A stretch of DNA of 64,000 nt from a virus, in the IMG/VR virus record IMGVR_UViG_3300045996_002640, positions 29,802 through 93,801 of that record; one strand, 5' to 3'. Both the position numbers and the translations under genes were made by a program. The notes under the pieces were generated by a model. It saw only the letters and a program-made list of their open reading frames with translations. It made no database searches and had not been told where the DNA came from. Shown here one piece after another: positions 54,759 to 63,616 of the stretch. How positions within the stretch are numbered: the stretch's first letter is position 1; each line of letters begins with the position of its first letter.

Positions 54759-56036
54759 TCAGTTGTCGATCCCGGTCGAGCCCCTCGCCGGCAAGGCGAA
54801 AGCCTTGGTCGCGTCGGTGAGCGCGCTCATGTAGTCGACGCTCGCCGCGTGCTGAGTGCTGCCAACGTTCACCACTCGCTTGGCGCGCGTAATCAGCGGG
54901 CTCGAAGCGGCGATCGTCGTTTCGATTGCCACCGTGTAGAGGTCGATCCCCTGCGCGGCCATCGCGTCCAGCGCCTGGTTCTGACCCTGGTGATTCTGAT
55001 CCTCGCCATCGGTCACCAGGATCACGTCCGCGCCGACGAAGCCCGCGGCCGCGAGGTCGCCCACCTCGTCCAGGCCGACGCGCAGGGCCTTGGCGATGTC
55101 CGTGCCGCCGCCGAGGCAAGAGCGCATCATGTCGAGGACCGCGCGGTGATCGCCCGGCGGGAGCTTGGTCACCTTGCAGCTCATCCCGTAGTGGACGACC
55201 GCCGCCATTCGGTTGCCGGCATGCGCGACGCGAGCCAGCGCGGTGCAGGCCGCTGCCGCCCAGACCGTGCGGTTCTCGTCCATCGAGTCCGACTCGTCCT
55301 TGAGCATCACCAGCGGGCCGCGCGTGCAGGGCACCGTCGTGGTCTGCTGGTACTGAATCGCCTGGTCCTCCATGAGGCGGATCGCCGCCGGGTCAGTGAG
55401 CGCGTCGTCGAAGAGCTGCGTGATCTCGGTCGCGACCAGCTTCTCGAGGTCGCCGCCCGTAGTGACCGAGCTCGTCTCCCCGTCGCCGTTGATGGTCATC
55501 GTCTGGCCGTCCTGGAGCGCCTCGTACATGCGGCCCGCCATCTCGGCGATCTTCACGACGTCTCGGATCTCGTCGTTGTCGAGCTTCGAAACCTCGATCG
55601 CCATTTCCCAGGAAGGCTCCGTGCCGGCCTGGCCATTGCCGTTCACCCCCATGTTCTTGTCGAACACGTGAGCGAGGTTCCGGCGCTGCTCGAAGGCTTC
55701 CCATGCCGCCTTCGCGAGCTCCTGGTTCGTGGGGGCCGCTCCGCGCGCGCCTTGAGCCTGGAGCGCCTTGGCGCGCCCGAGCTGCTCAATGATGCAGGCG
55801 AAGGCGAAAGCCGCGGCAATGGCGCTCAGGGCCTGGACGTGCGGCACCGCGGTGCTCGGCATCTGGACCTGCACCGCTGCCTCGAGGGTGTCGGGGTCGT
55901 AGCTCTGATCGCCGTGGCCGGTGATCGCGTTCCAAATCGACTCCCCTTCGTCCTGGAAACCCAGGATCGCCTTGCATGCCTCGGCCAGGTTATCGACCGT
56001 GCTGTGACGCCTGCGCGCTCGCTGAAAAGTCATCAT
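54759..56036 (-). CDS. VWA-domain protein (ViaA/CoxE-like)
   Basis: GPLVMLKDESDSM MIDAS, GGGTDI, ADVILVTDGE; SD AAGGA. Confidence 0.85.
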   Translation of the reverse strand: MMTFQRARRRHSTVDNLAEACKAILGFQDEGESIWNAITGHGDQSYDPDTLEAAVQVQMPSTAVPHVQALSAIAAAFAFACIIEQLGRAKALQAQGARGAAPTNQELAKAAWEAFEQRRNLAHVFDKNMGVNGNGQAGTEPSWEMAIEVSKLDNDEIRDVVKIAEMAGRMYEALQDGQTMTINGDGETSSVTTGGDLEKLVATEITQLFDDALTDPAAIRLMEDQAIQYQQTTTVPCTRGPLVMLKDESDSMDENRTVWAAAACTALARVAHAGNRMAAVVHYGMSCKVTKLPPGDHRAVLDMMRSCLGGGTDIAKALRVGLDEVGDLAAAGFVGADVILVTDGEDQNHQGQNQALDAMAAQGIDLYTVAIETTIAASSPLITRAKRVVNVGSTQHAASVDYMSALTDATKAFALPARGSTGIDN

Positions 56037-56073
56037 GATGGTTTGGTTCCTTTTTTCCTTCGTTCGAAATCGG

Positions 56074-57288
56074 TTATCGGGTCGCAACCTGAGGCTTCGG
56101 GCTCGCCGCCTTGATCAGCCCTTCCATCCGGTTCTTCTCGCGCTTGAACTCATCGATCAGCGGCTTGATCGTCTTCAGCCAGTTGGCCTCCCGGATCGCG
56201 TTCGCCTTGATAAATTCGTTGATCCGGAACGCCGCCTCGGTCGCCTGCTTGGCGAAGTTCGGGGCCTGGCTCGGGTCGGTCGCGTTCTTGCACTGGCGAA
56301 TCGCCGCGTTCAGCAAGTCGACGACGTGCTTGACGTTGTCCTGATCGACCCTCTGGGCGATCTTGTCGACCGCGGTGTACTGCGCCTCGGTTGCATCCCA
56401 GGCGCAGAACTTGATCACCTCGAAGTCGTCGACCTTGACCTTGTCGCGCCCGGCGAGCCAGGCGTTCGCCCTGAGGACCGCGAGCATGTTCACCAGGCGA
56501 CGGTCACTCACGTCGAGTTGAACCTGCAGCATCTGATCGGTGATGTGGAGGAGCTCTGAAAAGATCAGGTCCGGGATCGGAAGCTGGCTCGACTCCTCGA
56601 CGACCGCGTCGAGCTCGGTGAGCGAGACCGTGTGCCGAGGCGCGTAGCGAGGGGCCGTCGCGGCTTGCTGGAGCATCCGTAGCCGGTCCTTATTCGGCGC
56701 TTTCTTCTTCGCCACCTGAGGTTGGTTCGCCACCTGAGGATCTGGACCGGCTTCCAGCTTCTTGATCGGAACCCGGATCATGAGGCGGTCCCAGAACGCC
56801 GCCGCGTGCTCGGTCTTGGCGCGCACCTCGGGCCAATTGGTCGCCGCGCCGCAGCATCGCAGCGGGATCGGCTGGCCGTCGTACTCGCGCTCGTTCATCG
56901 CGGTGAGCATCGAGTTGATAGTCCCGGTGTTCGCCTTCAAGACCTCGTCCAGGATCGCGAGCTCGCAATCAGCAAGCCGGCCCGTCGTCGCTCGCTTCCA
57001 GCGGTTCTCCTTGAGCTCGCCGAGATCGACCGGGCCGAAGATCTTGTCCTCGGTGGCGAAGGCGCCGCAAAGCACCGAGAACGTCCGCGCGCCGGTGACG
57101 TGCGAGAAAGCCGCCTTCATGATCTGGGTCTTCGCCGTGCCGGGCGGCCCGACCAGGATGAAGTTCTGACCGGTGATCAGCGCGAGCAAGATCGCCCGCA
57201 CCGCTTCCTGGCGTTCCACGAACGCGCCGTTCAGCTGCGTTTCAATTTCGGCCAAGCGAACCCGTACTTTTTTGGTGTCGATACTCAC
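56074..57288 (-). CDS. MoxR/RavA-like AAA+ ATPase
   Basis: GPPGTAKT, IFGP, LDEVLKA, NSMLTAMNER, AFWDR, SDRR. Confidence 0.9.
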   Translation of the reverse strand: MSIDTKKVRVRLAEIETQLNGAFVERQEAVRAILLALITGQNFILVGPPGTAKTQIMKAAFSHVTGARTFSVLCGAFATEDKIFGPVDLGELKENRWKRATTGRLADCELAILDEVLKANTGTINSMLTAMNEREYDGQPIPLRCCGAATNWPEVRAKTEHAAAFWDRLMIRVPIKKLEAGPDPQVANQPQVAKKKAPNKDRLRMLQQAATAPRYAPRHTVSLTELDAVVEESSQLPIPDLIFSELLHITDQMLQVQLDVSDRRLVNMLAVLRANAWLAGRDKVKVDDFEVIKFCAWDATEAQYTAVDKIAQRVDQDNVKHVVDLLNAAIRQCKNATDPSQAPNFAKQATEAAFRINEFIKANAIREANWLKTIKPLIDEFKREKNRMEGLIKAASPKPQVATR

Positions 57289-58268
57289 TGCATCCTCCCG
57301 AGCTTCTCGAATTCGTCCGCGCTCGCGCGGCTCTGTTCCTCGATCATCGTGTTGAACTGGGTCATCGCCCGTTCGATGGTGCTTCCGAAAGAGACCGCCT
57401 TCTCGGCGAGCGCGAGGCGGTAAGCCTCGACCCGAATCATGAGCTCTTGGCAGTGCTCGATCCGGGTGATGATCCCCTTGCGCTGGAGCTTGCCGTCCTT
57501 GGCGAGCTCGATCCCTTCGAGGATCTCGTCGAGCTCGGCCTTCACCGCCTCAGCCGCTGCGCCGCCGATATTGCGCGCGGTGCGCCCTGAGTCATCGCCG
57601 AAGAGCGGCTGGATCGTCGCGAAGAACTCACCGAGCTTCTCGATCGAATCGAAGAGCTCCCGGATCGTTTCGGCCTTGGTCGCCGGGACCCAGTAGACGC
57701 CGCCTCGGCTCCGGAAGGGCGCCCAAAAACTCTCGTTGCCCGCCGCGACCAGGGCGTGGCTCAGCTCCTGGTTCTCGACGTGGTCGATGAGCTCATTCGC
57801 GCGCTTCGCGATGTCCTCGGCGACCCTGAGGCATTCCGGCAGCCCCGGCTTACCCTCGGGGGGAAGCGCGATTGCCGTGTCGGTTGCCGACTGGATTCGA
57901 ACCCGCGCGCCGCACACCAGGTCGTCGCCGCCCTCGCCCGGCTTGCCTTGGCGCTCGTACACCCCGATTGCGACCGGCGTGTCGCGGTTCGGACGTTCGA
58001 GCGGCCGTGCGACGATCCGCTCGCCGAACTTGATCCCGTTGACCGAGGCCGTCTGCAGCGCTCGCCCCGGCGAGCTCAGGTCCCAGGCCAGGCAGCTCTC
58101 GAAGCCGAGCCGGCGAAAGAGGTCGTGCACCGCCTTGCGAGGCGCCTTGAAAGCGCCGAAGCGCCAGGTCACCAGGTCGCCGAGGTAACCCCCGGTCGCC
58201 GCCGGCACCGGGCTGCGGCGCTGGCCAGTCTTGTGCAGGCCTCGCGCCTGCTGCGTTCCCGCGTTCAT
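57285..58268 (-). CDS. Hypothetical protein of the GGVY(F/W)VP family associated with AAA-VWA modules
   Basis: LGDLVTW..RSRGGVYWVPA..C-terminal coiled coil; ATGA-coupled start. Confidence 0.65.
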   Translation of the reverse strand: MNAGTQQARGLHKTGQRRSPVPAATGGYLGDLVTWRFGAFKAPRKAVHDLFRRLGFESCLAWDLSSPGRALQTASVNGIKFGERIVARPLERPNRDTPVAIGVYERQGKPGEGGDDLVCGARVRIQSATDTAIALPPEGKPGLPECLRVAEDIAKRANELIDHVENQELSHALVAAGNESFWAPFRSRGGVYWVPATKAETIRELFDSIEKLGEFFATIQPLFGDDSGRTARNIGGAAAEAVKAELDEILEGIELAKDGKLQRKGIITRIEHCQELMIRVEAYRLALAEKAVSFGSTIERAMTQFNTMIEEQSRASADEFEKLGRMQ

Positions 58269-58489
58269 GAAACCTCCAGAGTCGAGCGCCGCACTTCGTG
58301 CACGCCGCCGACCGTTCGAATGAAAACCCGTCCGCTGCTCGTGCCGTGCGGGAACACCGAAATCACCGTTCCCAGGCGCGCCGCGCTGAGCTCGCGCTTC
58401 GCTTCCTCGATCGCGACGTCCTCCGTCGCCTTCCTGGCGAGCCGCCTTGGCTCGTCCAGCCCGATCACAATATCGAAGCTCCCGATCAC
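58265..58489 (-). CDS. Small hypothetical protein
   Basis: 74 aa, coupled at both ends. Confidence 0.55.
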   Translation of the reverse strand: MIGSFDIVIGLDEPRRLARKATEDVAIEEAKRELSAARLGTVISVFPHGTSSGRVFIRTVGGVHEVRRSTLEVS

Positions 58490-58809
58490 TTGGAAGCCTC
58501 GTCGATCGGAACTTCGCGTCTCGAAATCCTACCCGTCGTCTTCGGGCGGGTATCGAGCCCGACCGTCTTCGCGAGCTCGTAAGCATCGAGGCCGTGCTGC
58601 ACACCGAGCCTCAAGATCTCTTCGGAACAATCGTCCAACCCGAGGAGCTCGGCGGGAACCTCCTGCATCGGGTCTGCGGCCAGCGCCTCGAGCAGCGCAA
58701 GGACCGCTTCCGCCACTTCCCGCCCTCGCTTCTCGGCGATTCGGGCAACCAACCCCTGATCGATCTCAGCCAAGCACCAGCTCCTGCCTTGAGCGATTCC
58801 GCGCAACAC
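58486..58809 (-). CDS. Hypothetical protein
   Basis: 107 aa, first gene after the 58848 promoter/operator. Confidence 0.5.
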   Translation of the reverse strand: MLRGIAQGRSWCLAEIDQGLVARIAEKRGREVAEAVLALLEALAADPMQEVPAELLGLDDCSEEILRLGVQHGLDAYELAKTVGLDTRPKTTGRISRREVPIDEASK

Positions 58810-58844
58810 CGACCGCCGGTGCCCCGTTTCGCCGCAGGCAGGAG

Positions 58845-58876
58845 CATTAGTGCCTCAGTGGCACTAGGAATTCAAC
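58845..58876 (-). promoter_or_regulatory. Promoter with TAGTGCC-N5-GGCACTA operator
   Basis: TTGAAT-17-CACTAAT on the minus strand with AT-rich upstream DNA; inverted repeat 58848-58866 lies in the spacer. Confidence 0.55.
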
Positions 58877-58891
58877 CCAATTCTGCTCTTT

Positions 58892-59164
58892 TTACGCAGC
58901 CGGCTCTGCCGCAGGACTCGGCCCGTTCATATTCCGACGAGCCAGCAGATCGGGCTTGATCAGTTTCGCGTTTTCGAGGGTCCGGACGTACCGGAATAGG
59001 CTCCGGCGGGTCACCCCGAGCGCTGTCATGAGCTCGGTCACCTTGGTCGTCCCAGGCTTACCCGCGGCGTCCTTGAGGAGCTTCGCGGCTTGCCGGTGAT
59101 CACCCTGCATCATCGCGATCTGAAACGCGCCGAGCTTCGTTGGTTTCTTGGTCGTCTTGGCCAT
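58892..59164 (-). CDS. HTH DNA-binding protein
   Basis: VTELMTALGVTRRSLFRYVRTL. Confidence 0.7.
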   Translation of the reverse strand: MAKTTKKPTKLGAFQIAMMQGDHRQAAKLLKDAAGKPGTTKVTELMTALGVTRRSLFRYVRTLENAKLIKPDLLARRNMNGPSPAAEPAA

Positions 59165-59390
59165 CGTCGTCGCTCCCATAATGCCGCAGCCGCTGAGCCT
59201 GCAGGCGGATCTCGTTCACCATCTTCCAGTCGTCAAGCAAGTACACCAAGCGGTAAAGCTGCCGCCGCTCGATTCCAAGCAAGCGCGCCGCCGCGTCCAT
59301 CGTGTGCCCGACACGCATCGCCCACCGAAGATGCTCCTTCGCGCGCTCGGGGGCGGTCTGAACCAACGCGCCGAACCAGGAGTAGTTCAC
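59100..59390 (-). CDS. Fis-type HTH protein
   Basis: MDAAARLLGIERRQLYRL; GTGA-coupled start. Confidence 0.65.
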   Translation of the reverse strand: MNYSWFGALVQTAPERAKEHLRWAMRVGHTMDAAARLLGIERRQLYRLVYLLDDWKMVNEIRLQAQRLRHYGSDDDGQDDQETNEARRVSDRDDAG

Positions 59391-60328
59391 CAAAGCCTCG
59401 CGTAGAGCTCGTCCAACGGAATCGAGTCTGCGTCCTCGCCGGACGGGAGCTCGACCACTCGCAGCGACTTCCAGCGCTTGAGCGACGCCACGATCTGCTG
59501 TGCTGCTGAATCGCCCGCCGAGCCCGAGTCCTTCACGTACACGAATTCGTCGAAACGCTGGAGCTCGAGCAAGTGCTCCGGCGCGACCTGGCTCCCGCAA
59601 AGCGCGCCGATGAATTGGGCGCCCGCACGCTCGCACGCGAGGACCTTAAGCACGCCCTCGGCGAGCACCACCGTGCCGCCTTCCTCCGGCCAGTACTGCG
59701 CTCCGAAGATCGCCCACTCGACCGGGTTCTCTTCGCGCTTCGGCGTGAGGTACTTGGGCTCGCGACCGAGAAAAGAGCGCGCCTGGTAACTCTGGAGCGC
59801 GCCATCGCGCGCGTAGACCGGGAACACGAGGCGCCCGGTGAGCCGCCCGTACGCGCCGTAGGAAACGCTCCAGCGCTCGATCTGCTCGGGGGTCAAGCCT
59901 CGACCAAGCGCGTAGTCGCGAGCGCGCGGGAGCCACTCGTCAAACGGCTTCTCGATGAGCCCGCCCGGCAGCTTGAACGAGTGCTGAGCGCCGGTACCGA
60001 TCCAGGGCCGCTCCACCACCTCGGTCTCAGTCGCCACGAAGTCGTCGAGCAGCAGCCCGCTCGCGCGCATCCACTCAAACGCGTCGTCCAGCGTGCAACC
60101 GAAGACCGCCATCACCAGATCGCCAGGGAGACCGCCTCGATGACACGAGAAGCAATGGTGCCTGCCATGCCGATCGTTCGCCGGCTCGTTCCGGATCGAC
60201 CACGAGGCCTTGCGGTCGTCGTGGTCGGGGTACGGGCATTGCGCCCAAATCTCGTTGCGGCGACCTTTCTTCTCCCGGTCGGCAGCGATCCCGAGCGCCG
60301 CGAGCAGGCGCGGAACGTCCGCCTTCAC
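59387..60328 (-). CDS. DNA primase (CHC2 zinc finger plus TOPRIM)
   Basis: CPYPDHDD..S.S..HCFSC..G; RLVFP..YQAR..PKYL; LAEG; D.G.AG; GEDAD. Confidence 0.9.
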   Translation of the reverse strand: MKADVPRLLAALGIAADREKKGRRNEIWAQCPYPDHDDRKASWSIRNEPANDRHGRHHCFSCHRGGLPGDLVMAVFGCTLDDAFEWMRASGLLLDDFVATETEVVERPWIGTGAQHSFKLPGGLIEKPFDEWLPRARDYALGRGLTPEQIERWSVSYGAYGRLTGRLVFPVYARDGALQSYQARSFLGREPKYLTPKREENPVEWAIFGAQYWPEEGGTVVLAEGVLKVLACERAGAQFIGALCGSQVAPEHLLELQRFDEFVYVKDSGSAGDSAAQQIVASLKRWKSLRVVELPSGEDADSIPLDELYARLW

Positions 60329-60510
60329 AGCTTGATCCCGTAGCGAGCGAAGAACGCGCGGTCGGCTTCGACCCGATCTCGAAACGCCCTCGAGCGGCGG
60401 TTCAGCTGCCGCTCCTGACGCAGCTGCTGCTTCATGCGCGTGCGCGCCGCTTTCTTGGTCTCGGGCGTAAGGCTCTCGGCGTAGCTCAGGACGGAGTCGA
60501 AGCTCGGCAT
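60325..60510 (-). CDS. Small basic hypothetical protein
   Basis: 61 aa, fills the gap between MTase and primase. Confidence 0.55.
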   Translation of the reverse strand: MPSFDSVLSYAESLTPETKKAARTRMKQQLRQERQLNRRSRAFRDRVEADRAFFARYGIKL

Positions 60511-61509
60511 CTAAAATAGATTGCCCTGCCGACCAGTCACGTCGTGGCAATGCGGCGAGAACCAGATCTTCTCCTTGGCCCGGTTCTCGTTCTTGCCGTA
60601 CCCGCGGTTCGCCTGCCACGAGTATTCCTGCCACGATTTGGGCATCTCGTGCTCGCCCTCGAAGCCGCAAAGCGCGATCCGGAGGTCGGGGTCGTCGCCG
60701 TTCTCGAGGGCCCAGGTTCGGACCGCAACCGAGATCCCGCGTTGATCCACGCCATAGAGGTCGGCATCCCTCAGGTCGAGGTCGTAGGGCGGGTCCAAGA
60801 ACACCGCGCATGGCCGGCGGCCCCCGACGAACTTGCCCTGCCCGAGCGCCGCCGGCGTGACGACGCGCTTCCAGTCGCCGGCGACCAGCCGGACGTGCCT
60901 CAGCCGCTGCTGCAGCGCCGCGAACCATTCGAGCGCCGGCGGCGCCGTCGCGCCTTCGAGGCCTCGGCTCGGTCCACCGATCTGAGGTTTCTGCTGCTTG
61001 GTCCCGTGCACGCCCCGGTCGTTGCCGATGGACGGCAGCCGGTTCACGCCCTTGCTCAACCCAGCAATGTGCGGCTTCTTGTGGCGCGCGCTTGCCTCGC
61101 TGCACCAGCCTGATCCGATCCACTGGTTGATGCCCCACACCCACCACCCGGCGACCTGGGCATCGAAGAAGTCTGGGTCGGTGAAGAGCCGCGAGCGGAG
61201 CTCAGGGAGCCGCTTCATGAGCCAGATGTGGCGAGCGCTCAGGTCTGGCTCCGAGACCGGCCAGTCGCACCAGCGCGCCGTCTCCTCCGGCGCCGCCCGC
61301 ACCGCGCGCCAGAAGTTCGAGACGAAGCAATCGCGGTCGTTGATGGTCTCGATCTTCCCAGCGCCGCCCGGCCGCTTGAGCAGCACCGCGAGCGAGCCCG
61401 CGAACGGTTCGACGTAATTCGGGACGTCGCCGAACGCACGCCAAACGACGTCGGCCACCTTCGTCTTGCCACCGAACCAGGGAAAGGGCGCCCTCAAGAG
61501 CTCGCTCAC
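60511..61509 (-). CDS. Dam/D12-class N6-adenine DNA methyltransferase (paralog of 41459-42592)
   Basis: FPWFGGK, YVEPFAGSLAV, ETIND, VFLDPPY. Confidence 0.9.
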   Translation of the reverse strand: MSELLRAPFPWFGGKTKVADVVWRAFGDVPNYVEPFAGSLAVLLKRPGGAGKIETINDRDCFVSNFWRAVRAAPEETARWCDWPVSEPDLSARHIWLMKRLPELRSRLFTDPDFFDAQVAGWWVWGINQWIGSGWCSEASARHKKPHIAGLSKGVNRLPSIGNDRGVHGTKQQKPQIGGPSRGLEGATAPPALEWFAALQQRLRHVRLVAGDWKRVVTPAALGQGKFVGGRRPCAVFLDPPYDLDLRDADLYGVDQRGISVAVRTWALENGDDPDLRIALCGFEGEHEMPKSWQEYSWQANRGYGKNENRAKEKIWFSPHCHDVTGRQGNLF

Positions 61510-63083
61510 CGAGCTCCTCGCGCGCGCTTGGCCTTGAACTTGTCCTTCGGGTCCTCCATGTCCGCGAAGACGTCTCCCTGGCCCGTGTCGCCACCCGGCG
61601 GGTCGTAAGCGATCTTCCGACCGTTCTCGATCGAGCCGTGCTCGCCCGACCAGTCAAACTCGACCGCGAGCGGCCACTCACCATACCGCTGCTTGAGCAC
61701 GTCGACCTCGAGCACCTCGGCGTCGAGTCGCTTCCAAAGCCCCGGTCGGTGGATACCAAACATCGTGTCGACGACCTCGAACCAGGCGCTCGAACCCTTG
61801 ATGCCTTCGCGCGTCGGTCGCTTGTCGGCTCGAGCCTCGAGGTCCTTCGCGCGCTGCTGGTGCACCAACACGCCGTGCACGTTCGTCTCGAGCATGATCG
61901 CCTGCACGCGGTAGAGCGCTTGCTCCTCGTCGTCCGGGTCGGTCTCGCGCAGGCACCGTTTGAAGAGATCGAAGATCGCCATGTCGCAGCCGGCGTCGGC
62001 CACGTACCGGTGAACGATGTCCAGGTTTTCTTCGTTCGTGATCCGCTTCTTGGCGCCGTGCGCGCGCCCGAACGGCAGGTCCATGAACTTCACGTAGCCG
62101 GCGATCACGTCCATCTGCTCTTCGAGCAGCTCCTCCTCGCGAGGCGTGAGCTTCCCTTCGAGCAGCGCCGTTCGCGAGAGGCCGAGTCGGAACGCCGCGA
62201 GGAGCTCAAGTGCCGTCTCGCTCTTGATCTCCCAGGCGCCGTAGAGCACTCGGTTGCCGAGCTCAACCTGCCCGAGCGCGACCCTCAGGCTGAACACCGA
62301 CTTGCCCGAGCCAGGGACCCCGGTTACGAGCGAGAGCTGCCCCGGCGCTGCGCCCGGCGTGAGGATCGGGCGACCCGTCAAGCTGTCGACGTCGAGCCCC
62401 TCGATCCCGTAATTGAACCGCGCGCGCCCGTTCTTCCGCGCCTTCACCTCGGCGATCTGCGTCCGCACGAGCTCGTTCGGGTCCCTGAGGTACCGAAGCT
62501 CGCCGCCGGCCGCTTCGAACGCGAGCTGGATCGAGCGAGCCGCCGCGCGCACCGAATCCGGCGGAGTGGTCGGGTCCTGGAGCAACTTCAGGATTGCGGC
62601 GATCGGCCCGTTGACTGCCTCGATCCTCGCCTTGTCCCACGCGAGCGCGTCCAAATGGTGACCGAGGTTCGGCGGGAGCTGCTTGTAGCTCGCCAGCAGC
62701 TTGTCGACGTACCCACCGTCAGCCTTGCCGCCGGTCACCTGGTGCAGCGCCGCCGCTGAGTACTCGAGGTTCTTTCGGTCGAGCTCGATGTAGCCGCGCC
62801 AGATCTCGGCGTGCTTGTCGCCCAGGAACATCTCCGGCCGCGTCGCCCGGACGAGCTTCGCACGGGTATCCCGATCGCTCGCCGCTACGATGAGGACCTG
62901 TTCGTTCACCAGGTCGTGCGGGATCACCAACTTGTCGGGCTTGGGCGGCCCGCCTGGGCCTTTCCGTTGGGCGCCCGACGGAGCGCTCGGCGGATCAGCA
63001 GGGCGTTCGACAACGCGGGGGACTGGCCTTGGCGCAGCCGGCTTCGAGAGCGCCGTTGCGGTCGAGACTTTCACTCTCGGCAT
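61506..63083 (-). CDS. Replicative DnaB-like helicase
   Basis: N-terminal PHD...EQ....F....H..IW; GVPGSGKS; AWE; IFD; HQQR; RPT...IKGS; KQRYG. Confidence 0.9.
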   Translation of the reverse strand: MPRVKVSTATALSKPAAPRPVPRVVERPADPPSAPSGAQRKGPGGPPKPDKLVIPHDLVNEQVLIVAASDRDTRAKLVRATRPEMFLGDKHAEIWRGYIELDRKNLEYSAAALHQVTGGKADGGYVDKLLASYKQLPPNLGHHLDALAWDKARIEAVNGPIAAILKLLQDPTTPPDSVRAAARSIQLAFEAAGGELRYLRDPNELVRTQIAEVKARKNGRARFNYGIEGLDVDSLTGRPILTPGAAPGQLSLVTGVPGSGKSVFSLRVALGQVELGNRVLYGAWEIKSETALELLAAFRLGLSRTALLEGKLTPREEELLEEQMDVIAGYVKFMDLPFGRAHGAKKRITNEENLDIVHRYVADAGCDMAIFDLFKRCLRETDPDDEEQALYRVQAIMLETNVHGVLVHQQRAKDLEARADKRPTREGIKGSSAWFEVVDTMFGIHRPGLWKRLDAEVLEVDVLKQRYGEWPLAVEFDWSGEHGSIENGRKIAYDPPGGDTGQGDVFADMEDPKDKFKAKRARGAR

Positions 63084-63097
63084 GGGAGCGGGGGACC

Positions 63098-63616
63098 CTA
63101 CCTCGAGGCGCGCGTCTTCTGCGCGACCATGTAGTCGGTGTACATCGTTCGGGACGAGAACACGAGGCGCCAGCCCGGTCGGAAGTCACTCGGCGGCCGG
63201 CCGTTGTCCTTCGCCTTGGTGCGCTTGAACAACTCGCGCTTGAAGATCCAGTAGATGAAGCTCGCCATGTCGACCGGGTTCTCTCGGAACTCCTCCCGGA
63301 GCATCCGACGCGCCGCGCTCTCGGCGCCCTGCATGTTCTTGCGAGCGATCGGCGTCGAATCGGTGATCTCGCCGGGCGGGACGCCGTACAGCTTCTCGTG
63401 CATGATCGCGTAGTACATGACGAGGTGCCGAGCCGTCGCCTCGCTGAAATCACCAGCGATCATCGCCTCGGTCTGCTCACGCACCTTGTTCGAGCTCGCA
63501 CGCCGCGGCTTGCGCGTCGAGAGCTTCGAGACCAGCGCGTCCGTCGCCGCCTCCTGCTGCCGCCGGATCTCGTCCTGGCGAGCACGGTTCATCTGAGCGA
63601 CCGAGTAGCGCGGCAT
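63098..63616 (-). CDS. Hypothetical protein
   Basis: 172 aa, upstream of the helicase. Confidence 0.65.
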   Translation of the reverse strand: MPRYSVAQMNRARQDEIRRQQEAATDALVSKLSTRKPRRASSNKVREQTEAMIAGDFSEATARHLVMYYAIMHEKLYGVPPGEITDSTPIARKNMQGAESAARRMLREEFRENPVDMASFIYWIFKRELFKRTKAKDNGRPPSDFRPGWRLVFSSRTMYTDYMVAQKTRASR

